Source of the DNA: the human T2T-CHM13v2.0 reference genome, Homo sapiens
DNA: 64,000 nt
Assembly: GCF_009914755.1 (NCBI RefSeq)
Contig: NC_060944.1
Strand: one strand, 5' to 3'
The position numbers were made by a program, and so were the translations under genes. A model generated the notes under the pieces. It was not told the origin of the DNA. It was given only the letters and a program-made list of their open reading frames with translations, and did no database searches. This document shows positions 30,212 to 44,195 of this stretch, one piece after another. Every line of letters begins with the position of its first letter. The first letter of the stretch is position 1.

Positions 30212-30904
30212 TAATAACTTTTCAGAAGTAACAAAAGTAACAATGTATTGGAGTGATTATAGCATATGGTTAAGTAAGATAAATGACAGCAATGTCACAA
30301 GGTACAGGAGAGAAAAATTAGAAATATTCTGTTCAATGACACCTGTACTTCATATGAAGTGTGTTATAATGTTATTTAAACACAGACTGAGATTAGCTTT
30401 CCAGAAAATGTATATTGTACACTCTAGGGAAACCACTAATAAAATTTTTTCGGTATAATTAATATGCTAAGTGGGGAGATAAAATGGAATCATAGAAAAT
30501 GCTTAATTAAAACCAAAAAAAGCAAAAGTGCAAGAAGGCAAAGAAGCAAAGAGAAATACACTGAGAAGAAAACAATTACAAACATGACAGCTGTTAATGT
30601 GACTATTATATCAATAATCACTTAAATCAGAATAGTCTAAATACACCAATTAAAAAGCAAAGATTATCAGTGTGGGTGAAAAAAAATCAAAGATGTGGTA
30701 AGTGGAAACACCCAGATATGGTTTCCAGATGGTCTCAATATACAATAAAGGCACAATAGAATGACTGGGCATCTCTTTTACAGAAAAAAAAGGACTAAGT
30801 CACTGACCTGAGTCAAGCTACGTCCATCAAAACATACAAAAACACATAGAGCAAAAACATGAAATAGCTCTAGATATTCAAAGAGTTGTTAAGGTAGTTG
30901 CATA

Positions 30905-31345
30905 TACTAGTTAGAAATGCATTCGGTTGCAAGTAAGAAAATACTGTATAAACACTGGTTTAAACAAATAAGGGTTTAGATTTCTCACCTAAGAGAAAGG
31001 CCAGAGACAGGCAGTTTCTCGTATGGGTTCAGCTGCTCAACAGTGTCATCAAGGAGCCAGACTACCTCTCTCTTTTCATTCCATTTCCTTTGGCATTTGT
31101 CCTTATGTCTGTTGCCTCATTATCCCAAAGTGGCCACCATCGTTTTGGACCTCATGTCCTTATTCAAGACAAGAAAATAGGAAAGCGGCATGCTAATAGT
31201 ATCTGTCCCACCTTAAGAGGAAAGTAGGTGCTTTCCCTGCAATTCCCTCAGAAGACTTCTGTTTACATCTTATTGGCCAGAACTATGTTACATAACCACC
31301 TGTAGATGCAAGGTAGGCTAGGAAAATTTGTATTTTGCTTTTTCA
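30905..31345 (-). mobile_element. MLT1 (K/L-like) LTR
   Basis: TAGTTAGAAATGCATTCGGTTGCAAGTAAG...TCTTATTGGCCAGAACTATGTTACAT. Confidence 0.7.
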
Positions 31346-31769
31346 ATCTATGTAATTTATGTAGGTGATACAGAAAAAGGTAGACCAACTTCCTTTTAGT
31401 GGCTACCGTTGTATATCCAAATGAAAACAGAAAAATGTAATTGTCCAGCTATCATTAGTTTTGTTTTTTCTTCTTTTGTTGTCTAAGTTTTTGATTTCTC
31501 AAAAAACAGCAAAAAATGTTTCTATTGAAGATTATCTAGGTAAGCCATAAATTCACCTAAAACTTGATCTACTTTTTTCCTTCTCTGAGCTATATCTGGA
31601 GTATATGTTTCCATGGATTAGGACAATATGGCTCAAGGGAAAAAACATAATTTAGGTGAATACGTTGTGCAAAAGACATGCAAAATCCCTCTAGGTTTTG
31701 CATACAAGAGGTTTAAGTTATATCATTCTAGGATGACTTAGGGCATTTGGTGTAGAGTACCAAGCCAGG

Positions 31770-31896
31770 AGTCCAGTAGAACATTCTCAATTGCAAATGG
31801 TTGAATATCCAACTCCAGATGGCTTCCTTAAGCAACAAAAGGAGTTTCTTAGTTTGAGCAGAGGTTGATCCAGTGAGTCAATAATGTCACCAAGAA

Positions 31897-31939
<43 letters not shown>

Positions 31940-32340
31940 TTTCCATGTGTCTTTTCTGCCATCTATATCAGTTTCACCCTAAGGTTGGAGAGTGACTCAT
32001 GCTCACATGATGGCTGCCAACAATTACAAAGTTAATCTTTTTCTCATATACATTTAAAATTTGACAAAGAGATAAAGAGATATCTTGTTCTTATCTCAGC
32101 CATTTAGTTTGCTACCATGTTTCACCCTGTTCTGACTGAATCCTAATTGATCGATCACATGCTTACCCTGGAATCAATCACTGTGACAATAAGAGCACAA
32201 TGATCTGACTGGCTTCTACCAACTAAGGCTCATCCCTGTAACCAGTGATGGGATGAATTTCATCTAAAATGTAAAATGCATAGCTACATAGAGAGAGGGG
32301 GTGCGCCTGGGGTGCCTTGCAGCAACCACAATTTCTACTA
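31770..32340 (-). mobile_element. Old MLT1 LTR containing (TG)n at 31898-31940
   Basis: GATCACATGCTTACCCTGGAATCAATCACTGTG motif; family tentative. Confidence 0.55.
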
Positions 32341-32473
32341 GATCAAGATTCCTGCATTGCTTCTCTACCATTTGTGAGGACAGGACCCCATGAAACTTGG
32401 ATTCTTCTTCTATAACATACGAATGGTAAAACCTACTCAATCCATGCCTTGGCGCCCTTAAAAGGATTAAATA

Positions 32474-32529
32474 TTAGGTGACTATTACTTTTAATGGCAA
32501 AAACCACAATTACTTTTGCACCAACTTAA
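32474..32529. mobile_element. MADE1 (Hsmar1-derived MITE), left arm largely deleted, inside a MIR
   Basis: TTAGGT...ATTACTTTTAATGGCAAAAACCACAATTACTTTTGCACCAACTTAA. Confidence 0.85.
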
Positions 32530-32609
32530 CAATATAAATAAAGATACTTTGTAAACTAAAATTTTTGGCAATGAAATTTAAGTTTCTGGATGAATTTCCA
32601 TTATACACA

Positions 32610-33073
32610 CTGGGCAGCTGCTGCATAACCACCTAGATTTACTTGGCCTTCCCATTCCTGTTTGCACCACACAACTTCCAGTGGCAGGCATCTATGTCCC
32701 TTTGCCCTGAGTGTTTTCTCTAGGCACCGGCCCTCTCTGCCCGTGTGGAAGTCAAGTCACAAGGGCGAGGGAATTAGCATCCTTTTCCATAGCCCTCAAT
32801 CAGGCTAGCCTGTGAGTGACAGAATCAAGGAATCATTCCTTGCTTCCGAGATGGGATCATTCTGGCGTGTTTTTCACAGATCACAGAGTGGCACAGCATG
32901 ATTAAACTCTGGGTGCCCACTACGGTAACTGGCTTGCTATCACATCTTATGTTGGCTTCCTTCCCTCCCAGTCTTAGTCCCACCCCTGCTTACTGGGACC
33001 ACCTCCCAGATAAAGTTCTTGCGCTCATATCCTTGTCTCAGGATCAGCTTCTGGAGGAGCCCAAATGAAGACA
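32610..33073 (+). mobile_element. LTR16-family ERVL solo LTR
   Basis: Ends CACCTCCCAGATAAAGTTCTTGCGCTCATATCCTTGTCTCAGGATCAGCTTCTGG...AAGACA. Confidence 0.78.
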
Positions 33074-33869
33074 TAGAACAAACTAGAATCACATGACTAT
33101 GAGAATGCTAATTTGACATGAAAAGTATATTCCAGACATTTTATTTTAAAACACACACAGTGATTCTTTTTAAGTTCTTTCTGTGTGTTTTCATTTTCTA
33201 TGCATAGTATACCTTTGTTTCTAGTTAATTTATCATGCTGCCGGGCTAACTAAGGGGTCAAGCATGGCCTGCCTCCAGAAAAGATAAAACACACGCAATG
33301 ATACCCAAGTGTATTTTTCACAAAGTCCTGCCCTGAGGATATATTATGCTATTAGAATATAGAACCTACAATTAGTATATTTATCAGTAAAATACACACT
33401 AGGCCATGATAAATTTGTGGGTTTGAAAGCAAAAGAAAAGAAACACATTCAAGATGCATTCACTTAGCCATTATCTTTTTTCCTAAGTTTTGTTGTGTAC
33501 TGAGTTCATTTCTATTGCAACCAAGCTATTAAACTGACCATTTCAAGCTAGTAAACTGACCAAGCTATTAAACTAACCATCAAACTGAACTGGCCATTTC
33601 ATCTAGGCCCAGAAGAAATGATGGCCTATTATGCGAGTATTTTAAAAGAATAATTTAGTTTTAAACCATCTAGTAGTGTTGCATACAAATATTTAAAAGT
33701 GAACTGTTAGCTATATTTGTTTTCTTATTTTACAATTAAATTCAAATTTGGTTAATAACAACCCTGCCTCAGGGCCTTTGTACCAGCTGGTCCCTCTATC
33801 TGGAGTGCATATCTCTGCATGGCTGGCTCTTTCTCATTATTTGGGTAGTAGAAAGAACTTCATGTAAAA

Positions 33870-34170
33870 CTGCACTGTCCAGCATAGTAGCCGCCAGCCA
33901 CATAAGGATGTTCAGCACTTCATATGTGCCATCTATGTGAAATATAGGCTGGATTTTGAAGGCTTAATATGAAAAAATATATTTTATTAATCATTTTAAT
34001 ATTGATTATAAGTTGAAGTGATCTTTTGTATACTTTGAGTTAAAACATGTATTATTAAAAGTAATTTTACTTATTTCTTTTTACTTTTCTCAATATACTC
34101 ACAGAAAATTTTAAAATACATACATGGCCCATGTTTATAGCCCACATCATATCTCCATTACTCAGTGTAG
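33870..34170. mobile_element. MER33-like hAT-Charlie element within L2
   Basis: GCACTGTCCAGCATAGTAGCCGCCAGCCACAT...CATCATATCTCCATTACTCAGTG termini. Confidence 0.7.
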
Positions 34171-35518
34171 ACCTAATATAATCCCCATATCAACTTCATA
34201 GCACTGTTTGTCATCAAAGCACTTTGTCACCACTGCAATTGTACAAGTAAATTAGCAATTGTTTACTTGTATATTGTAAGTTCCAGGCATCTTTTCAGCC
34301 AAGTTTACTCTGGCATATAGTAGATTGAAAACATACTTGATGAAATAAATAGATGAAGGAATAAAGGAATGAGGGACTATAAGGTCTGTTTTCCTGAGAG
34401 CTCCCCTGTCTATAGTAACTCCACCTCATTTGAGTGTCACCAGGTTAATGAGCTAGACTACATCCCCCTGGAGGCAGGGGTGCAACACACAAAAGAAACA
34501 GAACTTGTTCACTGGCCATTACTGAATTACGTTTTGTGGTTCTCTTTATGATAGTACCATCAGAAAGGTAAGACTATTTGTTTCATCTGGTAAGAGTGAC
34601 CAACCCACCTAACACAGACCTAGCTCACGAGAGGATTTGCTGGTTATTAGGAAACTAATGACTCAGTAACTAAGGTGATTGACTGGGACCAAAAAGACTC
34701 TAGCTGACCTTCTGCTTAGGCAAGAGTCATTACAGCAATAAAGAAACTAGAGGGACTGTGCTGGGCTAGAAGTCACCTCTAATTGCTGGCCTCTGAATCC
34801 CATAACTGCCACTAAATGGCTAGCAGTGTTATATAAGTGATATAATTAAGCTTCATAGCTAACAACCCCATTAAGATGAATAGGGAAGTTCACTCTTCAC
34901 TCACAACAATTACTTTTAGATTTGCCTGTCTGAATACTCAAAGACTTTGTCCAGACTGAATCAAAACCTACTTATACTTTGCCCTGAATTGACTCTGTCC
35001 TGTACAGAAAGCCAGCAGCCAGGGGTTGGGCAACTGTAGTGCTCTATAAGTTATGAGAGAAATTGTCATTTTCTCCTTTCTTATCTTAGATTTTTTATAT
35101 TCAAGGAACAGAGAAGGTGTAGAATTTTGAACTCACATCCAGATTGCCTAGAGTTCAAATTCTACCCTGGCTAGCGATTTATAAAAAGGCTTTAAATAAT
35201 GGTTTAACCTTTATCTGTTTATGTTTCCTGGTTTTGGATATCCTCACTGCAAAATACTTTGTTAAAATGAATAAAAAAGAAGAGTGTCATTTTTATGTAT
35301 ATACTATAATAATTAGGCCTTTCCTAAGACAGAAATTACTTGTAAGAATACATTTAAAACTTACCATCTATCTTGAATATAAACAGAAAAACCTCTCTAA
35401 AGTTTCCGCCAGTCTTTGTCAAATGCCTGTAAAATTTTAGCCTAATATTTTAATATTACTCTTCATATATAACAAATGTTTTGGAATATCTAGATTTTTT
35501 TTATTGTGATAAGAAATG

Positions 35519-35896
35519 TGTCTTAATTTAGGCTATAATCACAAAGTACCATATAAATAAATAATGGGAATTATTTTTCATCTTCTAAATATTAGGAATT
35601 TATTTTTCACTGTTCTGGAGACTGGAAGTCTGAGATTGAGGTGCCAATGTGGTCGGGTTCTGATGAGGGCCCAGTTCCCAGCTGCAGATGGCTGACTTCT
35701 CGTTGTATCCCAACATGGTAGGGAAAAGAGCAAGGGAGTTCTCTGGGGTCCCTTTTATGAGGGCACTAATCTCATCTTGAGGGCTCCATCTTCATGACCT
35801 AATTACCTGCAAAGTCCCCACCTCCTAATACTATCACATTGAGGGTTAGGATTTCAGCATAAATTTTGAAGGGACACAAACATTCAGTCCACTGCA
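35519..35896 (-). mobile_element. MLT1A MaLR LTR inserted in an L1MA 3' end
   Basis: GTTCTGGAGACTGGAAGTCTGAGAT...GGGCACTAATCTCAT...GGGACACAAACATTCAGTCCACTGCA. Confidence 0.85.
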
Positions 35897-36094
35897 AATA
35901 TTTAACATGAGATCTACCCTCTTAACAAATCTTGAAGTGAACAATACAATATTGTTACTATAGGCAAGGCAATATCTGGATTATTAACTATGTTTTTCAG
36001 TTTTAAATTATGTGGACATGATCTGATAAAGGGTAACTTTGTTTTTCTACCTCATGTCTAAATGCCTGTAACTGGCCCCACTGCTCTGTTCATT

Positions 36095-36138
36095 GTTTTT
36101 TCTGGGCTTTTTTTCTTTTCTTTTTCTTTCTTTCTTTG

Positions 36139-36186
<48 letters not shown>

Positions 36187-36250
36187 TCCTTCCTTCCTTC
36201 CTTCTTTCCTTCCTTCCTTCCTTCCCTCCTTCCTTCCTTCCTTTTTTTAT
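36095..36250 (+). repeat. Compound (TTTC)n(TTCC)n microsatellite derived from an Alu tail
   Basis: Direct reading; about 150-nt polypyrimidine tract. Confidence 0.92.
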
Positions 36251-36533
36251 TTTGAGACAAGATCTTGCTCTGTCACCCAGGCTGCACTGCAGTAGTGAGA
36301 TCACAACTCACTGCAGCCTCCAACTCCTGGGCTCAAACAATCCTCCCCTCTCAGCCTCCCAAGTAGCTAGGACCACAGGCATGTGCCACCATACCTGGCT
36401 AAATTTTTTTTTTTTTGGAGTTGGGGTCTTGCTCCATTGCCCAGGCTGGTCTAGAATTTCTGGGTTCAAACCATTCTCCCACCTCGGTCTCCCAAAGTTC
36501 TGGGATTATAGGCATAAGCCACCACATTTGGCC
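36251..36533 (-). mobile_element. AluJ
   Basis: CTCACTGCAGCCTCCAACTCCTGGGCTCAA J diagnostics. Confidence 0.93.
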
Positions 36534-38399
36534 CTCTTGTTTTCCTTTTTTTTGTTTTGTTTTGCCATTAATTTTTACCTAATTTCACAAAGGCACATGC
36601 TCATTATTCTCCTTATTCTTATTATTTATAACTGGCTTATATTTGAATAATAACATGCATCATTTATTTCATTGCCTGTCTTCCTCCCTTCCTTTCTCCC
36701 TCCTTCCTTTCTCCCTCTTTCCGTCCTCCTTCCCTCCCTCCATGCATTCAAAAAATACACTCTGTGCTTCTACTACCCAACAGTGAGTGAAACATGAGAC
36801 CCACCTCTGGCCCTCATAAAGCTCCTCTAGTGGAAAAGACATACATAAACCTGTTTATCTTGTTTTTACATTTAATTTGCAAGCCTCTTGAAGGAAAGGA
36901 CCACTTTTCATCCTGCGGTACAAGGGAGATTCCCAGGAATGCCTCTTAACATGACCAATGCCCTGTATCTTTATTTATATTTATGTTTAAAACTGACTGT
37001 GTATTTGCTTCTAGGACTCTTAAGATTTTCAGTGAACAGTTGAATCTTAAACCCTTCTTGGGGGATACAAAGGAAATGAAGAGGGTGAAGCCTGTGTTCA
37101 AGAAGCGGCCAGGATGGTGCCCAAATCTAGGGATTTACAGGTCAAGTCATGGCTTGCACTTTATTTCAATTATTCTGTAGAGTCACTCCTTCAACCAGCC
37201 GTGCTGACTTCACACCTTTTGCACTAGTGCCAAGGCCAGACTCAATAACTTTTCCACTTACGTAGCTTTATCTAGCAGTTAACAAACATGGATTTATCCT
37301 TGGAAAATCATTTCAAATGAAAGTTTCTCTGTTTAAAATTATTCCAAATAGATAAAGTCACAAGTTTCTCCTAATACACATAAATATAACTTGATTTCCC
37401 AAAACAAAAAAATAGAACACTTTAAATTCACAAAGGTACTATGGCTACTGCATTGACTTTCCACATCTGATTCCTTCATCATCTCAGAAATCAGGTTAAC
37501 AACAATCCGAGACATAACCCATAGTGATTAATAAATAGTGATGTGAAATTGTCAATGCCAAGTGTCAGTTGTACCATCACCTGCATCAAATGAATGGGTC
37601 TCCCTTTGAGCACCATCAGGTGTTGAGTGCTCACCATTTGGAAAGGGACCTGTCCCTTTGAATTGCAATTATGCTAGAGCAGAGAACCTGCAAAGGGTGT
37701 CATCTCTACTGCAGGTAGCTCAGACTGTGATCCTGGAAGCTGGTCAACCCCACACCTACAAAATAAACCTCAACAGCATTAAAACCATCACTGTAAACCT
37801 CCAACTCACCTTCTAGTGAAGTTTCTCTCTCTCTCTCTCTGAGGCTGAATACCAGTTCCCAACAAAGGAAACAATGGGAATGTGATATCTGTGGTTGGAA
37901 AAAGCACTGCCTTTAAAATATGGTTTATTTTCTCATAAATCCACTTGACTTAATTTATCTAAATCCCATTTGTAATTTAAAAAATGAAATAAAACAAAAT
38001 AAAATAAGACAAAGAGAAATAAAACAAAATTGAAAACACCAACGGAGTGGCCAAAGAAGAAAACTAACATTGGAGGTAAATTTCCACCTAATCTGGATTA
38101 TGTTACCAAAGGCAGCTTCCTGCCTTCCCAGTGAGGGGGAGGAGTTAAGACCAAGCTTCATTAGCCATAATGATAATTACATGCATTTTCAAAGAGGCTA
38201 TTATGCCGAGGCTTGAAGTGCTCTATAAACATTAATTAATTTAAGCTCTGGGTAGCCCAGCACCATTATGTCTTTTGTAAAGAAAAGTAAACAGAAGTGC
38301 TTAGAAGCTAAGTGGCTTCACTAGGCTCATTTAGCCAGCTGGCAGCATAGTTGTGAACAAAACTGAGTCTGAATGACAGTCTCCAATGCCAGTCACAGG

Positions 38400-38772
38400 C
38401 ACAGAGGACTGCAAGGGACAAAGGGAAGGAGGGATACTGCAAAGTGGGATTAGTAAGGAAACGGCACAATCCTAAATGGGTTTCAAAGTGGGAGTGATGT
38501 GGCCTGATTTGCATGTTTAAAAGACCATTCGCACAACTGCGGGGAGAATGGGATTGGAGAAAGGCAAGAGTAAAATTAAGAAGGTCAGGAGTGTTGAAGG
38601 AGCCCTGGAAAAGAGATGATAGAGACCTGGCTGAGAGGGCTAGCCCTGAGGATGAGAAGTGGGTGGATTTCAGATGCGCTTTGGTGGTAGAAAATCAGCA
38701 GGGCTTGCTGTTGGATAGGCTGTGGAGGGGAAGGGAGGGGAGAAATTTGAATAACTGGGTGGATGATGGCAC
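38400..38772. mobile_element. L2 fragment
   Basis: CTGATTTGCATGTTTAAAAGACCATTC...GGATTGGAG...GAGAAGTGGGTGGATTTCAGA. Confidence 0.65.
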
Positions 38773-39057
38773 TTAATTTGCTGCCATTTTGCATTATGCC
38801 TATCATAACTATCTGTATTATCACAAATCTTTAGACATTGTCAATCAACTAAAAAAGAAAGAAAAATAGCACTTAATTATCATAGGAATTTCTATTTAAA
38901 TATTAATGTGCAAAAAAAAAAAGGCAATGAGAAGAGGAAATACATCCAGATTTTTACTCTGGGTGATCAGAACTATCATAAATATAGGTTTAGTTTTCCC
39001 TGATGTAATGGCCTGTGAAAATTTAAAAATGAAGAAAAGTTTGGGATGAAGCAGTAA

Positions 39058-39381
<324 letters not shown>

Positions 39382-39448
39382 AGATGGTAAACTTTTTGAA
39401 GGTATCCACCCCTCCATACGCACTACCCATCTCCAGGCCTAGCACAGT

Positions 39449-39868
39449 CAGTGATGTGATGATAAATATTTAGCAACCAGCTTTGCAGGGAGAAAGGAAT
39501 CAAGTTAGGGGAGCCCTGATTGGTAACATTTGCTGATTTCAATGGCACAAATATTCCCTCCATGGCTGAGTTCAAGCTACCAACATGATGTCATTCAATG
39601 GAGTTGGAAAGCAACGTACAGAAGCACATGGTTATACAGTGCATCCACCACACAGATGCAGCAAATGTGAGTAAATTCAAGGTCATTGTAAAATGTAAAG
39701 AGGAAATAAGTTTTGAGTATTACTTTTGCTTGTAATATCATATCTTTAATTGTACATTTATGTAATTTAATTCTGAATAATGGCCATGATTAAAAGCAGC
39801 TCACAACGTTTCTGAAATTTTAACATTCAGCTCTCACAAGTCACTATGTCCATCTTTAGCACACCATT
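39449..39868. mobile_element. MER63B-like hAT-Blackjack element
   Basis: CAGTGATGTGATGATAAATATTTAGCAACCAG...TTCAAGCTACCAACATGATGTCA...AGCACACCATT; shares sequence, in reverse, with the MER63A at 6538. Confidence 0.75.
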
Positions 39869-39901
39869 CATGATTCACTGTAAGACATGCTAGATACCAA
39901 T

Positions 39902-40327
39902 TGTTAAAAGAAAAACTCTAAACAAATTAAATTTAACAGAGTCTAATTGAACAAAGAACAATTCACCATTAGGGTAGCCTCCCAAACCAGAATAGGTTGA
40001 GAGCAAGGCTGGCTCTGCCGTGTAGTCAAAGAGGATTTATGGATAGAAAGAGGAAAGTGACGTACAGAAAACGGAAGTGAGGTACGGAAACAGCTGAGTT
40101 GGTTACAGCTGGGCATTTGCCTTATTTGAACAGAGTTCGAACAGTTGGCCACCTGTGAGTGGTTGAATTATGGCTGCTGTGATTGGCTGAGAATGAACTA
40201 TTTGTTATGAGAAGATTATAGTCGGCTTCTACATCCAGTTAAGCTATAGTTCACTATGTACACAGAAGCCTGCAAGCAGAACTTAACATATGTAAGGAGG
40301 CAGCTTTAGGCTAAACTTAATTTAACA
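39902..40327 (-). mobile_element. MER57 (B-like) ERV1 solo LTR
   Basis: TGTTAAAAGAAAAACT...TTTAACA termini, homologous to 26116-26543; 4-bp TSD CAAT. Confidence 0.88.
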
Positions 40328-41840
40328 CAATGAATGTTTGTGGAATGAGCTTCACTGGACTCCCTAAACTGATGAAAACATCTGTTTTATCATTCAAATT
40401 CTAGAAGGGTTTTTTTTAACCAAAATAATTAATAAGCAGTTACTAAGCATTAACTACATGCACAAAAGCTGAGTGCTAGGGGTTGGGGAAAATAAGTAAC
40501 ATGTATTAAATGTTACTGTGTGCCAGTCACTATTCTAGATTCTTTAATAAGTGAATTAATGCATGCAACAGCTTTATAAGGAGCTAGTATTATTATTCCC
40601 ATGTTATGAGGGAAATTGCAGCACAGAGAAGATTATAAGCTCGATAATGCCACTACTTGAACTCTCTAATGTCAGGATAAATAAATTAAAATGAAGTAAA
40701 ATCTCTGCTTTCAGCAGTCTCATAAAGAGACATGTACATAGGTATCTATTTCACATGCAAACACTCAATTTAGTTCATGGATCAAACTTTAGGATCTTGT
40801 TCAGATTTTAAACTACTGAAAGATTTTATAGTTTCAACAGTCACAGTGCACTTGAAATTATGGTCTATTTTAATAAAATGTGCCTTTATGGATAAATAAA
40901 TTAATGGATAAATTAATTAATTAAATGACAATTTGGAAAAGCAATTAATTAGTTTGGTTAACATGGCCAATAGCTGCATTTTTAATTAGCAGTGATTTAG
41001 CATACATTTTTTATAGCCACTGCCTATTTCTCTTCATGCCACAACTTGCAGAGAATTAAGTTATAAAACTAGTTTATATGCCTATAAAAACCACAAGCTC
41101 TGCTAAATGGAAAACAAAGAAGGTAATTTGTACTGTCAAATCATCTTTTTAAACTTAGGAGGAGGGATTAGGGGCTGGCTGATTCAGAGTAAGAAATGCA
41201 AAACCTGTAAGGATAAACTCACCCTTTAAAATAATGTCTGACCCAACTTTTTAAATCTATTTTCAAACTACAACAAACTTGTGACTCTGAGGGACAAAAG
41301 TGTTTGTCCAAATGCTTGTCACATTGGTTCACACTGAAAACAGCTTTAAAATCACCTCGCATAAAATGTAGTAATGTCATAAGACTTCTCAGAATCCTAT
41401 GAATATAACTTCAATAATATTACTCAAGCATCTATATGTTTAAAGACAGACTTAATCAGTCTTTTGAGTACTGATTGGTTTTGAATTTCCATACTTTTAT
41501 TTTAATTTTGAGACGTCTTAGTTCCAAGGCTGAAACAACTTAATTGCTTTTGCAACAGAATTCCCTACCTTTGATGGGAAGCCAATGACAGAGACTCCTC
41601 AGAGGGCTGAGTTGTTCTGCCTGTCTGAGCCACTTTTATTCAATTATTTTACATCTAGAGCTCACAATTTTCCTCTGCCATTTCCGGGATCCCTTGTTGG
41701 AGTTGTGTCCACCTTTGTAATAGAATTCTTCCCCTGGGCATGGAAATATTACTGAGGCCTCCTTTAATAATTTTAACAAGGTGTTGTGCAAAAAGACATT
41801 TATTTCATGTGGGCGATGTGTGGGAAAAATATCTTTTTAA

Positions 41841-42071
<231 letters not shown>

Positions 42072-42720
42072 TGAAGTAACTGCCAATTTTAAAGGTCTTA
42101 AGACAGAATTGGGGCCAAGATATATTTTGTAAGTAGTGAGAGTATCTTTATCCAGCTAGGGCCACGTGCACCAGCCCCTTCTGACTGGAAGGAGGAACAC
42201 AACAGACCACGGTGGAAATTGTCTGCAGAGGGCTGGTGGCTCTGCACAATGCATGGAAGCACTGAGTCCCCTCAGGCCCAGACTCCCCTCCAAGAGAGAC
42301 CTCTTGGAGGATACCTAGGACCTTGTGGGGTACCTATGTTGCCTCTTAACAAAAGGGGCTGCCTTGGCTTCTGCATTTTCTGGAAAGGTCTGCTACTGAG
42401 CTCTGGAACCATAAATCAGGTCAAATTGCTCCTCTGCTTGGGACCTTTTGCTGTTTTTCCGTAATTCTCAGAATAAATCCATGCCTCTCCATAGGGATCT
42501 GACCCATGCCCACCTCTCCAAGCACTTCTTCCTCCACTCCCCTCTCACTGTAGCCATACAAGCCCCATTTCTATGCCTTGGAGATGCCAAGCCCTTTCCC
42601 ACCTCCAGGACTGTTTTAAGTGGTGGATCTTTTGCCCGGAAATCTCTTCTAGTATGTCCCTTCTCAAAATCAAGTGTCTGTTCAAATGTCGCCTCCCCAG
42701 AGATGGCCTCCCTCAGACTC

Positions 42721-43088
42721 TGTCATGTTCTACTTGAGCTTCTATGAAGGAATACCACAAACTGGGTGGCTTCAACTACTGACATTTATTTCTTACAGTT
42801 CTAAAAGCCGAAGAGTTCAAGATCAAGACCCTAGCTGATTTAGTGTCTGATGTGGGCCCACTTCGTGGTTTACAAACTTGCAAACAGTCATCTCCTTGTC
42901 TATCCTCACGTGGTGGACAGCAGAGAGAGGAGGCAAGTGCTGTCATGCCTCTTCCTGTAAGAGCACTAATCCCATTCATGAGGGCTTCACCCTCATGACC
43001 CAACTACTTCCCAACAGCCCCACCTCCGAATGCCATCACATTGGGGATTAGGGCTTCAATGCATGAATTTGGAAGGACAGTCCATAAC
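42721..43088 (-). mobile_element. MLT1A MaLR LTR
   Basis: AATACCACAAACTGGGTGGCTT...GCACTAATCCCATTCATGAGGGC...AGTCCATAACA. Confidence 0.85.
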
Positions 43089-43104
43089 ACACTCTCTGCC
43101 TTGT

Positions 43105-43500
43105 CATCAAGTAGGGGAAGTGAGAGTGAGAGGGAAGGAGCCAGGACTGAGAGTGCCAATGAGCAGGTCAGCTCTGCAGGCAACTGGAGCTCATCCCCTC
43201 TGAGGACCCTCTAGATCTGCATAGAACAGTCCCCCAAGTTACACCCACATGGGAAGGAAATCAGAGTATTTACCCTCTCCTCCTGTCTGTCATTGTTTGA
43301 GGACTGCTCTCAGGACCTCCATCACCGGGTGCAGGTCAGACAGAGACGCACTCCTGTGGTCAGAGAACACCCTCAGGCAGAGTTACAAGTCATCAGAGCA
43401 GGGAGTCCTTGGCATCTATCCATATTGCCCAGGTGATACGGGACATTGGCAGTGTCTGCAACAAGCTACTTCAGAATCCTGAGGGGAGCTGGCCCTGTGG
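43105..43500 (-). mobile_element. LTR33-like ERVL LTR
   Basis: GGGAAGGAGCCAGG...GCAGGCAACTGGAGCTCATCCCCTCTG...CTGTCATTGTTTGAGGACTGCT. Confidence 0.6.
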
Positions 43501-43734
43501 GTCTTGGTGGACTGGATGCATGGACAGCATTCCTGGAGGTATTGCCAGCTCCTGCTTTAACTCACTACACACACTTGGTGGCATCTTCCCTCTCTGATGC
43601 TCAGTTTCCCTGACTGTATATCAGGGATCTGGATCACAGTAGTGTTTTTTCTAAGTGTGGCATATGGATCACAGGTGGTACAAAAGCTAAGTTCAGGTAA
43701 TAAGTGGATGGATATATTTTAATTTTAAGGATTA

Positions 43735-44195
43735 CGCTTTTTATTACACAGGGTAACTAAATGCTGACACAAATACCCCCAAGTTCTCAGTGGCTTAACA
43801 TAATAAACATTGATATCTTAAAAATAATAAAATAATAGATAAATTTTTAAAATAACATTAATTTCTTGCTCATGGAGAGTCCAGTGCAGGTTGGTGAGAC
43901 AGGAGGGAGGAAGGCCTGCACAAGGTCATTCAAAACCCAAGATTCCTTCCCTCTATTGAGGCTGCCATTTTCTAGAACTCTGGAGTCCTTAACTATATTC
44001 TTTGCATCCAGACAGTAGACAAGGGGAGAGAGAAAGAAAGGGAAAGAGAGAAAGAATAGTGCAGATTTCAGGAATCAGTTCTAGAAATGAGTGAATCAGT
44101 ACCATTTCTCGGCCAGAATTCGGCCATATGACCCCACCGGGGTGGAAAATGTAATTCTTCTGTGTGCCCAGGGTAAGAACAAATGGGGTTGGTGA
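43735..44195 (-). mobile_element. MLT1 (J-like) LTR
   Basis: CTCAGTGGCTTAACATAATAAA...GGCCAGAATTCGGCCATATGACC...GAAAATGTAATTC. Confidence 0.65.

Noticed and set aside
32474-32529. MADE1 as a miR-548-type hairpin
   Set aside because: The left arm is mostly deleted, so no long hairpin can form.
36093-36650. 185-aa hydrophobic ORF resembling a membrane protein
   Set aside because: Translation of a (TTTC)n(TTCC)n tract plus an antisense Alu.
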